From assembly GCA_963825635.1 (NCBI GenBank), contig CAWGTU010000004.1, forward strand, positions 67,362-131,361: 64,000 nt of DNA. The letters run 5' to 3'. Positions within the stretch are counted from its first letter, which is position 1; the number at the start of each line of letters is the position of its first letter. Position numbers and translations under genes: made by a program. Source of the DNA: an uncultured Actinomycetes bacterium. Its GTDB lineage: Bacteria > Actinomycetota > UBA4738 > HRBIN12. Shown here piece by piece: positions 52,036 through 61,522 of this stretch. The notes under the pieces are model-generated. The model had not been told where the DNA came from, did no database searches, and saw nothing but the letters and a program-made list of their open reading frames with translations.

Positions 52036-53022
52036 ATGAGCTTCCCCGAGCACCGGCCGCGGCGGCTACGACGTACGCCCGCCCTCCGAGCCCTCGTCCG
52101 CGAGACGCGGCTGCACGCCGACGATCTGATCGCGCCGATGTTCTGCAAGGAAGGCATCGACGAGCCGGTCACCATCTCGTCGATGCCGGGTCAGTTCCAG
52201 CACACCCTCGAGTCGCTCCGCAAGGAGGCGGTCGCGACGGCGGAGACCGGCGTCCGCGCCTTCATGCTCTTCGGGGTCCCGGCCGACAAGGATGCCGAGG
52301 GATCGCAGGCCTGGCACCCCGACGGCATCGGCCAGCGTGCGATCGGTGCGCTGCGTGAGGAGTTCGGCGACGACGTGGTCGTGATGAGCGACCTCTGCCT
52401 CGACGAGTACACAGATCACGGGCACTGCGGCGTGCTGAACGACGCGAACGACGTGGACAACGACGCCACCCTCGAGCGCTACCGGCGCGTCGCCCGTGCC
52501 CAGGCCGACGCCGGTGCGCATGTGATCGGGCCGAGCGGCATGATGGACGGCCAGGTCGGCGCGATCCGCGCGGCGCTGGACGAGACCGGCCGCGACGACG
52601 TCGCGATCATGGCCTACGCGGCGAAGTTCGCGAGCGCCCTGTACGGACCGTTCCGCGAGGCGGCCGAGGGTGCGCCTCGTTTCGGCGATCGCACCGGCTA
52701 TCAACAGGACCCGGCCAACGCCGACGAGGCGCTCCGCGAGATCCGGACCGACATCGACGAGGGCGCCGACATCGTGATGGTGAAGCCGGCGCTGCCGTAC
52801 CTCGACGTCGTGCATCGCGCGAAGGGCGAGACCGGCTTCCCGTTGGCCGCGTACCACGTGAGCGGCGAGTACGCGATGGTGAAGGCTGCCACCGCGAACG
52901 GCTGGCTCGACGAGCGGCGCACCGTGCTCGAGATCTTGACGTCGATCCGCCGCGCGGGCGCAGACATGATCCTCACCTACCACGCGAAGGACGCCGCGAC
53001 GTGGCTCCGCGACGGGGCATGA
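52036..53022 (+). CDS. hemB: Porphobilinogen synthase (delta-aminolevulinate dehydratase)
   Basis: RRLRRTPALRALVRET...GPSGMMDGQVGAIR...VKPALPYLD...YHVSGEYAM. TACCCT lies 6 nt upstream of the ATG. Confidence 0.95.
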   Translation: MSFPEHRPRRLRRTPALRALVRETRLHADDLIAPMFCKEGIDEPVTISSMPGQFQHTLESLRKEAVATAETGVRAFMLFGVPADKDAEGSQAWHPDGIGQRAIGALREEFGDDVVVMSDLCLDEYTDHGHCGVLNDANDVDNDATLERYRRVARAQADAGAHVIGPSGMMDGQVGAIRAALDETGRDDVAIMAYAAKFASALYGPFREAAEGAPRFGDRTGYQQDPANADEALREIRTDIDEGADIVMVKPALPYLDVVHRAKGETGFPLAAYHVSGEYAMVKAATANGWLDERRTVLEILTSIRRAGADMILTYHAKDAATWLRDGA

Positions 53023-54293
53023 CCGGTTCCGAGGAGCTGTTCGACCGTGCCCGGACCGTGATCCCCGGCGGGGTCGACTCCCCCGTGCGAGCGTTCGGAT
53101 CGGTCGGCGGCACGCCCGTGTTCATCGATCGCGGAGAGGGCGCTGAGATCGTCGACGTCGACGGGAACCGCTACATCGACCTCGTGCAGTCGTGGGGCGC
53201 GCTGCTGTTCGGCCACGCCCGCGCCGAGATCATCGAGGCGGCGAGCGCCGCTGCCGCTCGTGGCACCTCCTTCGGGGCGCCGACGCCGGGCGAGGTCGAG
53301 TTGGCGGAGCGCATCGTGGAGGCGGTGCCCGGCATCGACCGGGTCCGGCTCGTGAACAGCGGCACGGAAGCCGCGATGAGTGCGATCCGGCTCGCGCGCG
53401 GCTCGACCGGACGAGACCTGGTCGTGAAGTTCGAGGGGTGCTACCACGGGCATTCCGACTCGCTGCTCGCCAAGGGTGCCGGCAGCGGTCTCGCGACGCT
53501 CGGGATCCCGTCGTCGCCCGGGGTGACCGAGGGTGCCGCCCGCGACACGCTCACCGTCGCGTTCAACGACCTCGACGCCGTGCGCGCGCTGTTCGCGGAG
53601 CGTGGGAGCGACGTGGCGGTCGTCGCGGTCGAACCGGTGGCCGCGAACATGGGCGTCGTGGCGCCCGAGCCCGGCTTCCTCGAGGGGCTGCGTGCGATCT
53701 GCGACGAGCACGGGGCTTTGTTGCTCTTCGACGAGGTGATCACCGGGTTCCGCATCGCCTACGGCGGCGCCCAGTCGTACTACGGCGTCACGCCCGATCT
53801 GACCGCGCTCGGCAAGGTGATGGGCGGGGGGTTCCCGTGCGCCGCGTTCGGCGGACGCGCCGACCTGATGGCGCACCTCGCCCCGGACGGTCCGGTGTAC
53901 CAGGCGGGAACCCTCAGCGGGAATCCCGTGGCGGTCGCCGCGGGCATCGCCACGCTCGACCTCGCGCGTCTCGAGGATCCGTATCCTCGGCTCGAGGCCA
54001 CCGCGAGCGTGCTCACGGACGGCATCGAGACCGCACTCGCGGCGACCGGCATCCCGGCGACGGTCAACCGGGCGGGCTCGCTGTTCAGCGTCTTCTTCAC
54101 CGCATCTGCCGTGCGGAACTTCGACGGGGCGCGAGCGGCCGACCACGATCGCTACGGGCGGTTCTTCCACCACATGCTGGCCAACGGCGTCGCGCTGCCA
54201 CCGTCGGGTTACGAGCTGTGGACCCTGAGCACGACGCACGGCCCCGAGGAGACGGAGAGGATCCTCGGGGCCGTGGCGTCGTTCCGGGACTGA
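53019..54293 (+). CDS. hemL: Glutamate-1-semialdehyde 2,1-aminomutase
   Basis: ATG at 53019 overlaps the hemB stop (ATGA). Contains SEELFDRARTVIPGGVDSPVRAF...FDEVITGFR...LGKVMGGG (PLP lysine). Confidence 0.95.
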   Translation: MTGSEELFDRARTVIPGGVDSPVRAFGSVGGTPVFIDRGEGAEIVDVDGNRYIDLVQSWGALLFGHARAEIIEAASAAAARGTSFGAPTPGEVELAERIVEAVPGIDRVRLVNSGTEAAMSAIRLARGSTGRDLVVKFEGCYHGHSDSLLAKGAGSGLATLGIPSSPGVTEGAARDTLTVAFNDLDAVRALFAERGSDVAVVAVEPVAANMGVVAPEPGFLEGLRAICDEHGALLLFDEVITGFRIAYGGAQSYYGVTPDLTALGKVMGGGFPCAAFGGRADLMAHLAPDGPVYQAGTLSGNPVAVAAGIATLDLARLEDPYPRLEATASVLTDGIETALAATGIPATVNRAGSLFSVFFTASAVRNFDGARAADHDRYGRFFHHMLANGVALPPSGYELWTLSTTHGPEETERILGAVASFRD

Positions 54294-54365
54294 CGCGGCA
54301 GGCAGGCCGATCCCGGTTCGACCCCGGCGCCGGACGGGCGGTCGGACGCCGGAGACGCTCGTCGG

Positions 54366-54821
54366 TTACGCGACCGCGGCGGGCTCGGGGACCTCGCGCA
54401 GGTCCACCCGCTCCACCTTGATCGCCAGGCAGAAGGTGCCGATCACGCGGTCGAGCGCGTCGTGCGTCGGCGCGACCTGACATCGGACCGAGGCTCTCGC
54501 TCCCTCGAGCGTGAACTCCGCCGTCTCGCCGTTCAGGGCTGCCACGTGCGCGTCGAGCAGGTCCAGGTTCGGACCCTCCATGCCGAAGATCGCGATCACG
54601 TCTCGGCCTTCGACCTTCGAGCGAGACAACCCGACCACCTCCGACGCCGCGCCGGTCACCGTGCGCACACGCAGCGCGGTGTCGGTGCTCCAGAAGAACA
54701 CGGGACGCCCCTCCGCAGCCGCCCCGATCGTCTCCGCGTTCGCGAACCGCGAGCGCGGAGGCGGTGGTGCCTGCGGGGTCGGCACCGTGTCCGTGATACC
54801 GATCAGTTCCCACTGTCGCAT
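54366..54821 (-). CDS. Small PAS-like domain protein
   Basis: Start at MRQWELIG after GGGAGGGG. ~150 aa with a PAS-like pattern (FFWSTDTALRVRTVTG...VIGTFCLAI). Family assignment is tentative. Confidence 0.5.
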   Translation of the reverse strand: MRQWELIGITDTVPTPQAPPPPRSRFANAETIGAAAEGRPVFFWSTDTALRVRTVTGAASEVVGLSRSKVEGRDVIAIFGMEGPNLDLLDAHVAALNGETAEFTLEGARASVRCQVAPTHDALDRVIGTFCLAIKVERVDLREVPEPAAVA

Positions 54822-54931
54822 GACTCTCACCCCTCCCGAGGTTCGGGGACGCTTCGTTACCTGTTTTCGGGTAGCGGGGGGGTGGTTCCGCATAGGACCT
54901 TCGACGGTTCTTCCCGCATCGGCCGTTGGGC

Positions 54932-56683
54932 CTAGGTGGCGGGAGGACGTTCCTCCCAGTCGACCCATCCGACACCCGACGTCTGCACGTACCCGTCGAC
55001 GGCCGTGCCGATCGTCGGGAAGAAGCGCTCGTCGCCCACGCGCTCGTAGAGGCCGTACGCCCGCAGGCGGTCCTTCACGGGCCCCTTCATCTCAGCGAAG
55101 GCCAAGGCGATGCCGGCGGCATCGAGGTCGTCCATCAACTCGCCGAGCATGTCTGCGGCCGTGGTGTCGATATCGGTGATCGGCTCCGCGGCCACGACGA
55201 CCCAGCGCACCGGCTCCTCGGCTGCCGAGACATGCGCTCGCACCTCCCGTCGGAAGAAGGACGCGTTCGCGAAGAACAGGGGTGCGTCGAAGCGGTAGAG
55301 CAGCAGCCCGGGGATCGTCCGCCCCTCCGGATGACGATCGATGTCGTGGTAGCCCTTGAGCTCGTCGACACGGACGAGGGTGGCGTCGTGGGGCCGCCAG
55401 GCGCGGCGAACGAAGTCGACCAGAGACAACACGATCGCCACGAAGACGCCGGGGAGCACGCCGAGCACCGCGACCCCGAGGAACGCGGCCGCCCACAAGG
55501 CGAACTCGGTGCGCCGCATGCGCCAGAGCCGGCGGATCTCCGCGACGTCGACGAGGCGCGCGGCGGCCGCGACGACGACGGCGCCGAGCACAGCCTGTGG
55601 CAGGTCGCGGAGCAGCGCCGGCGCCACGACGAGCATGAGCGCGACGGCGATCGCACCGATCAGCGGTGCGAGCTGCGACCGGGCACCCGCCGCGATCGCG
55701 ACCGGCGTGCGCGAGGCGCTGCTGGAGATCGGGAACCCCTGGAACAGTCCGGTGGCGAGGTTCGCGACGCCCAACGCGACGAGCTCACGATCGGGGTCGA
55801 CCTCTTCCTTGCGCCGCGACGCGAGTGACTGCGACAGCACGCTCGTATCGGCCGTCGCCACCAGGGCGATCGCGAACGCCGCCGTGATCAACTCCGGGAG
55901 CACGTCACTCGGCACCCTGGGCAGGACGAACGACGGGAGTCCCTCGGGCAGCACCCCGACCGTATCGATCGACAGATCGAGCAACGCCACCGCGGCGATG
56001 CCACCCACGACCACGATCAGGGTCGCCGGGAGGCGCGGGGCCCACCGGCCGAGCACGACGATCACGATGAGCGCCGACGCCCCGACCGCCGCCGTGACCG
56101 GATCGACCGCCCCGCTGCCGATCGCGTCGGCGATCGCCTCGACCTGGTCCAGCAGATCGTCGGCGCCGATCGAGAACCCCAGCATCTTCGGGATCTGCCC
56201 GACGACGATCGTGAGGGCGATGCCGGTCAGGTAGCCGAGGCGGGTCGGTCGCGACAGGAGCTCGGTCACGAACCCGAGCCGGAAGAGCCCGGTGGCCGCG
56301 ATCACCAGCCCCGTGATCACCGCCAGCGCGCCGGCGACCTCGATCGACGCTGTCGGGGATCCGGCCGTCACGCCGACGACGACGGCCGCGATCACCGGCG
56401 CGAGGGACGAATCGGGACCGAGCACGAGGACGCGGGAGGGTCCGAACACGGCGTACGCCACGAGCGGCACGATCGTGGCGTACAGGCCCGTGATCGCAGG
56501 CAGCCCCGCGGCCTCGGCGTAGCCCATGCCCACCGGCACGAGGAAGGCCGCGAGCACGACCCCCGCGACCAGGTCCAAGCGCAGCCACTCGAGCCGGTAG
56601 CTGCGCAGCGCGTCGAGTCCCGGGAGCCAGGACGTGCGACCCGGCCCGGGGCCGAGCGTCGACGGACGATCCGATCCGCTCAC
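54932..56683 (-). CDS. SulP family anion (sulfate) permease with a C-terminal STAS domain
   Basis: 583 aa. AGLPAITGLYA and GFPISSSASRT are SulP motifs. The STAS tail has LLLYRFDAPLFFANA. Confidence 0.9.
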   Translation of the reverse strand: MSGSDRPSTLGPGPGRTSWLPGLDALRSYRLEWLRLDLVAGVVLAAFLVPVGMGYAEAAGLPAITGLYATIVPLVAYAVFGPSRVLVLGPDSSLAPVIAAVVVGVTAGSPTASIEVAGALAVITGLVIAATGLFRLGFVTELLSRPTRLGYLTGIALTIVVGQIPKMLGFSIGADDLLDQVEAIADAIGSGAVDPVTAAVGASALIVIVVLGRWAPRLPATLIVVVGGIAAVALLDLSIDTVGVLPEGLPSFVLPRVPSDVLPELITAAFAIALVATADTSVLSQSLASRRKEEVDPDRELVALGVANLATGLFQGFPISSSASRTPVAIAAGARSQLAPLIGAIAVALMLVVAPALLRDLPQAVLGAVVVAAAARLVDVAEIRRLWRMRRTEFALWAAAFLGVAVLGVLPGVFVAIVLSLVDFVRRAWRPHDATLVRVDELKGYHDIDRHPEGRTIPGLLLYRFDAPLFFANASFFRREVRAHVSAAEEPVRWVVVAAEPITDIDTTAADMLGELMDDLDAAGIALAFAEMKGPVKDRLRAYGLYERVGDERFFPTIGTAVDGYVQTSGVGWVDWEERPPAT

Positions 56684-56722
56684 GCCTGCCCCCCTCGCCG
56701 GTCGGGGACCGGCAGGGCAAGC

Positions 56723-58357
56723 CTAGCTCGGCATCTTCTTCTTCTTGTCGCGCAGGATCTCGCGCACGCAGTGGTGACCGGGCATACCCGTCACGCCCCC
56801 TCCCGCGTGGGTCGCGCTCGACGCCTGGTAGAGGCCGGCGAGGGGCGAGCGGTAGTCCGCATACCCCACCGCCGGCCGCATGTGGAACAGCTGATCGACC
56901 GTGAGCTCTCCGTGGAAGATGTTGCCACCGATCAGGCCCCAGCCGTCCTGCATCTGCTTCGGACCGATCACCTGGCGTGCTTTCACGCTCCCCTTGAACC
57001 CGGGCGCGACCGCATCCATGCGATCGATCAACCGGTCGGCGTAGGCGTCGAGGTCGGCCGTGTGATCGTCGTCGTCGTCCGCCCAGGTGTGCGGCACCCA
57101 CTGCGTGAACATCGACATCACATGCGTGCCCTCGGGAGCGAGCGTGCGATCGAACACCGTCGGGATCGCCGTGTCGCTGAACGGCAGCGTCGCGGGCTTC
57201 CCGGCGCGAGCCTCCTGGAACCCGCGCTCGAGGTACTCCATGTCGTCGAGCACCTGGATCGCGCCGCCGTGGATCTGCGGGTCGTACTCGGGATCGGCGG
57301 TGAACGTCGGAAGCCGGTCGATCGCGAGGTTGATCTTCACGGTGCCGCTGCGGGTCTTCCAGTGCTCGATGTCGTGCACGAACTCGCTGGGGAGCTCGTG
57401 GCGATCGATCTGGTCGAGGAACGTGATCTTCGGATGCACGGCGGTGACGACGAGTGGGGCCGTCAGCTCCTCGCCCCCCTCGAGCACCACGCCGTGTGCT
57501 CGTCCGTTCGTCGCGAGGATCGTCCGGACCCGCGCGTTCGTGCGGACCTCGGCGCCGAAATGGCGCGCGGACCCCTCGCACGCCGCGCTCACGGCGCCCA
57601 TGCCCCCCTCGGGGTAGCCCCACGAGGCGATCTGTCCGTCGCCGACGTCGCCGACCGAGTGATGCATCAGCACGTACGCCGTGCCGGGCGCCTCGGGGCC
57701 GGCCCACGTGCCGATGATGCCGTTGACGGCCATGAAGCCCTTGAAGACCGGGGACTCGAACCACCGGTCGAGCAGGTCGGCGGCGCTCATCGTGAACAGA
57801 CGGGTGATGTCGGCGACGGTGCGCTCGTCGAGCTCCTTGCGGAGCATCCACCCGAGCTGGCCGAGATCCTTGATGTCGCGGGGCGAGCGCGAACCGAGGT
57901 GCGGCGGGGTCTGCATCAGCAGCGGGCCAAGGATCTCGCCGATGCGGCCCATCCATGCCTCGTACTCGAAGTAGACGTCGGCGTCCTTCTTCGAGAAGGG
58001 CGCGATCGACTCTCGGGTCTTCTGCTCGCTCTCGTGGCGCACGATCGAGGAGCCGTCGGCGAGCGGCAGGTATCCCAGGCCCTGTGGGTAGACCTTGTAG
58101 CCGAAGCGCTCGAGCTGCAGATCGCGCTGGATCGTCGGCGGCATGAGGCTCATCACGTAGCTGAGCGTCGTGACCTTCACGCCGGGGAGCTCATCGGGCC
58201 ACGGTTCCATCGTGTCGGCCGCGCCGCCGGTCTTGTGCCGTGCCTCGAGCACCACGACGTCGGCGCCGAACTTCGCGAGGTACGCCGCCGTGATCAGACC
58301 GTTGTGGCCACCGCCGACGACGATCGCGTCGTATCGGTTCGCCTGCTGCTGTGCCAC
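56723..58357 (-). CDS. Phytoene desaturase-family (CrtI-like) NAD(P)/FAD-dependent oxidoreductase, copy 1
   Basis: YDAIVVGGGHNGL is the dinucleotide motif. 544 aa. The C-terminus ASSATHAGGGVTG is typical of the family. Confidence 0.85.
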   Translation of the reverse strand: MAQQQANRYDAIVVGGGHNGLITAAYLAKFGADVVVLEARHKTGGAADTMEPWPDELPGVKVTTLSYVMSLMPPTIQRDLQLERFGYKVYPQGLGYLPLADGSSIVRHESEQKTRESIAPFSKKDADVYFEYEAWMGRIGEILGPLLMQTPPHLGSRSPRDIKDLGQLGWMLRKELDERTVADITRLFTMSAADLLDRWFESPVFKGFMAVNGIIGTWAGPEAPGTAYVLMHHSVGDVGDGQIASWGYPEGGMGAVSAACEGSARHFGAEVRTNARVRTILATNGRAHGVVLEGGEELTAPLVVTAVHPKITFLDQIDRHELPSEFVHDIEHWKTRSGTVKINLAIDRLPTFTADPEYDPQIHGGAIQVLDDMEYLERGFQEARAGKPATLPFSDTAIPTVFDRTLAPEGTHVMSMFTQWVPHTWADDDDDHTADLDAYADRLIDRMDAVAPGFKGSVKARQVIGPKQMQDGWGLIGGNIFHGELTVDQLFHMRPAVGYADYRSPLAGLYQASSATHAGGGVTGMPGHHCVREILRDKKKKMPS

Positions 58358-58361
58358 GCCC

Positions 58362-59999
58362 CTACCTCTTCCTGTTCCGTGCCTTCTTGTCCCTGATGAT
58401 CTCGCGCACGCAGTGGTGACCGGGCAGGCCGGTCACGCCGCCACCAGCGTGGGTCGCGCTCGACGCCTGATAGAGGCCGTCGATCGGCGATCGGTAGTCG
58501 GCGTAGCCGACCGCCGGCCGCATGTGGAAGAGCTGATCGACCGTGAGCTCTCCGTGGAAGATGTTCCCGCCGATCAGATCCCAGCCCTCTTGCATCTGCT
58601 TCGGACCGAGGATCTGGCGCGCGAGCACGCTGTCGCGGAAGCCGGGGGCGACCTCGTCCATGTGGTCGATCAGGCGATCGGCATAGGCCTCGAGCTCCTC
58701 GGTGTGGTCGTCCTCGTCGTCGGCCCACTCCGCCGGGCACCACTGGGTGAACATCGAGACCGTGTGGATGCCCTCGGGCGCGAGCGTGGTGTCGACGACC
58801 GTCGGGATCTCGGTGTCGCTGAACGGACGCGTCGCCGCCTCACCGAAGCGGGCCTGCTGATAGGCCTGCTCGAGCTGCTCCACGTCGTCGAGCAGCTCGA
58901 TCGCTCCGCCGTGGATCTCGGGGTCGAAGTCCGGGTCGGCCGTGAAGGTCGGCAGCCGGTCGATCGCGAGGTTGACCTTCACGGTTCCGCTGCGGGTCTT
59001 CCAGTGCTCGATGTCGTGAACGAACGAGCTCGGCAGCTCGGCGCGGTCGAGCTGCTGAAGGAACGTGATCTTCGGGTGCACGGCGGTGACGACCAACGGA
59101 GCCCGGACCTCCTCGCCGCCGTCGAGGACGACGCCGGTGACACGGCCGTTCGACGTGGTGATCGTCTGGACCGCCGCGTCGACGCGGACCTCGGCGCCGA
59201 AGAACTTCGCCGACTCCTCGCAGGCCTTCGAGACGGCCCCCATGCCGCCTTCCATGAAGCCCCAGCTCGCCACCTGCCCGTCGCCGATGTCGCCGACGGA
59301 GTGATGCATCAGCACGTACGCCGTGCCGGGCGCGTCGGGGCCGGCCCACGTGCCGATGATGCCGTTGACCGCCATGAACCCCTTCATCTCGGGGGATTCG
59401 AACCATCGCTCCAGCAGCTCGGTCGCGCTCATCGTGAACAGGCGCGTGACGTCGGCCACGGTGGCCTCGTCGACGTGCGAGCGGAGCTTCCACGCGAGCT
59501 TGCCGAGGTCCCACAGGTCGGCGGGCTTCTTCGAGCCGACATGGGGCGGCGTCTCCATCAGCATCGGCCCGAGGATGTCGGAGATGCGCGAGATCCACCC
59601 GTAGAACTCGAAGTAGGCGTCGGCGTCGCGCTTGGAGACCTTCGCGATCGACTCCCGGGTCGTGCGATCGTCCTCGGCCTGGATGATCGAACCTCCCCCT
59701 CGCATCGGCATGTACCCCTGGCCGAGGGGGAGGAGCTTGAAGCCGAACCGCTCCAGCTGCAGCTCGCGGCGGAGCGACGGCGGCATCAGGCTCATCGTGT
59801 AGCTCAGCGTGTTGACCTTGACGCCGGGATACTCGTCGGGCCACGGCTCGCTCGTGTCGGCGGCGCCGCCGGTCTTGTGGCGCTTCTCGAGCACGAGCGT
59901 GCGCGCGCCACGCTTGGCTAGGAGCGCGGCGGCGACGAGTCCGTTGTGCCCGCCGCCGATCACGATCGCGTCGTACCGGTTCCCCTGCTGCTGCGACAT
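58362..59999 (-). CDS. Phytoene desaturase-family (CrtI-like) oxidoreductase, copy 2 (tandem paralog)
   Basis: ORF 58362..60182 trimmed to MSQQQGNRYDAIVIGGGHNGL (59999). Collinear with copy 1 over its full length. Confidence 0.85.
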   Translation of the reverse strand: MSQQQGNRYDAIVIGGGHNGLVAAALLAKRGARTLVLEKRHKTGGAADTSEPWPDEYPGVKVNTLSYTMSLMPPSLRRELQLERFGFKLLPLGQGYMPMRGGGSIIQAEDDRTTRESIAKVSKRDADAYFEFYGWISRISDILGPMLMETPPHVGSKKPADLWDLGKLAWKLRSHVDEATVADVTRLFTMSATELLERWFESPEMKGFMAVNGIIGTWAGPDAPGTAYVLMHHSVGDIGDGQVASWGFMEGGMGAVSKACEESAKFFGAEVRVDAAVQTITTSNGRVTGVVLDGGEEVRAPLVVTAVHPKITFLQQLDRAELPSSFVHDIEHWKTRSGTVKVNLAIDRLPTFTADPDFDPEIHGGAIELLDDVEQLEQAYQQARFGEAATRPFSDTEIPTVVDTTLAPEGIHTVSMFTQWCPAEWADDEDDHTEELEAYADRLIDHMDEVAPGFRDSVLARQILGPKQMQEGWDLIGGNIFHGELTVDQLFHMRPAVGYADYRSPIDGLYQASSATHAGGGVTGLPGHHCVREIIRDKKARNRKR

Positions 60000-60163
60000 A
60001 TTGAATCTCCGTTCAAACGGGTAGGCGAAGCCTACACCGGCCTCGCGAGCGGGGGTATCCGGTCCTGTGGAGTTCGTGCCATCGGGGTGAACCCACCGGC
60101 CGGCGTGGCGACCATAATGGCTGGGCCATAGGGTCTCCATACCGCCAGACGGAAGGATCGATC

Positions 60164-61522
60164 GTGAGCGACCAGGGAACACGCGTCGAGTGCCCGCGCT
60201 GCGGGCGCGCGGAGACCGACCCCGACATCAACTTCTGCCCCACGTGTGGGACTCCCCTGCGAGGCGAGCCGGCGCGCCTGAAGCTGCGCCGCCGACTCTC
60301 CGGGTTGTTCGTGTTCCTCACGGTGCTGTGCCTCGTCGTGACGGTCGTGGGTGCCTGGGCGCGCGCCGTGGCGCTCGACACCGACCGGTTCGTCGCCACG
60401 GTCGGTCCGGTGATCGACGACCCGGCCGTGCAGGAGGCCCTGAGCATCCGTCTGACCGACCGCGTCATGGAGGGCCTCCAGGTCGAAGATCGGGTCTCGA
60501 CCGCGCTCGCCGGCTTGGACCAGGGCGAGCTCCCCGTGTCGCCCGCGCTGCTCGCCGCGCCGATCGCCGACGGCATCCGCACCGTGCTGCTGAAGCGCAC
60601 CGAGCAGGCGATCTCGAGCGACGCGTTCCAGAACCTCTGGAACACCGCCCTGACGAGGGCTCACTCCCAGGCGATCGCGCTGCTCAGGGGCGAGAGCACG
60701 AACGCCACGATCGAGGGCGACGCGGTCTACATCAACCTGCTCCCGTTCATCAACGACGCACTCGCTTCCCTCGAGGGTCAGCTGTCGGAGATCTTCAACC
60801 GATCGATCGACATCCCCACGATCACAGAGCAGAACCTCGACCAGGCGGTGGGCCTGCTCGAGCAGCAGTTCGGCGTCGACCTGCCGGAGGACTTCGGCCA
60901 GATCAAGGTCTTCGAGTCCGATGCGTTGCCCGCCGCGCAGGCGGCGATCGCCACGATGGACAAGGTGGTCTACGCGCTTGTGGCGCTCACGATCATCCTC
61001 GCCATCGTCGCCTTCGTGCTGTCCACCCGCCGACTGCGGACCGCCTTGTGGCTCGGGTTCGGTGCCGCGATCGGGTTGATCGTGATCCGGCGCCTCGCAC
61101 TCCGGCTCGACGACGCGATCGTCGCCCGGGTGACCGGTGAGACGAACCAGGAGGCGGTGGGCGCGGTCACGAGCGACGTCTTCCAGGATCTGCGCAACTT
61201 CACGACCCTGATGCTGGTGGCGGCGATCCTGATCGGCGTCGGGGCCTATCTCGCCGGACGGCCACCATGGTTGACGCGCACGCTCGAGCGTGCGTCCGAC
61301 GGCACGCTGGTGCCACGCGATGCGGGGTGGATCCGCTGGATCGGTGAGCACGGGCTCGTCCTGCGCGTGATCGCCGTCGTGCTCGGGGCATTGGTCCTCT
61401 TCTTCGCCAACCTCGGTTGGATGTCGCTCCTGGTCGTGATGGCGCTCGTCGCCGCCACCTGGTTCGTGCTCACGTACCTGCACGAGCGGGTCACCGGCCA
61501 GGCCGACGTCGCGACGGGGTGA
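60164..61522 (+). CDS. Hypothetical polytopic membrane protein with an N-terminal zinc ribbon
   Basis: CPRCG...CPTCG, then a TM helix, a large soluble region and a C-terminal cluster of TM helices. No recognisable family. Confidence 0.65.
   Translation: MSDQGTRVECPRCGRAETDPDINFCPTCGTPLRGEPARLKLRRRLSGLFVFLTVLCLVVTVVGAWARAVALDTDRFVATVGPVIDDPAVQEALSIRLTDRVMEGLQVEDRVSTALAGLDQGELPVSPALLAAPIADGIRTVLLKRTEQAISSDAFQNLWNTALTRAHSQAIALLRGESTNATIEGDAVYINLLPFINDALASLEGQLSEIFNRSIDIPTITEQNLDQAVGLLEQQFGVDLPEDFGQIKVFESDALPAAQAAIATMDKVVYALVALTIILAIVAFVLSTRRLRTALWLGFGAAIGLIVIRRLALRLDDAIVARVTGETNQEAVGAVTSDVFQDLRNFTTLMLVAAILIGVGAYLAGRPPWLTRTLERASDGTLVPRDAGWIRWIGEHGLVLRVIAVVLGALVLFFANLGWMSLLVVMALVAATWFVLTYLHERVTGQADVATG

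Noticed and set aside
54822-54968. A longer form of the PAS-like protein overlapping the SulP 3' end
   Set aside because: The upstream 49 aa are Arg/Gly/Pro-rich. A strong RBS (GGGAGGGG) precedes the internal ATG at 54821.
60000-60182. A 61-aa N-terminal extension of CrtI-like copy 2 (track ORF start 60182)
   Set aside because: The extension has no counterpart in copy 1. The paralog alignment and the dinucleotide-binding motif position point to the ATG at 59999.
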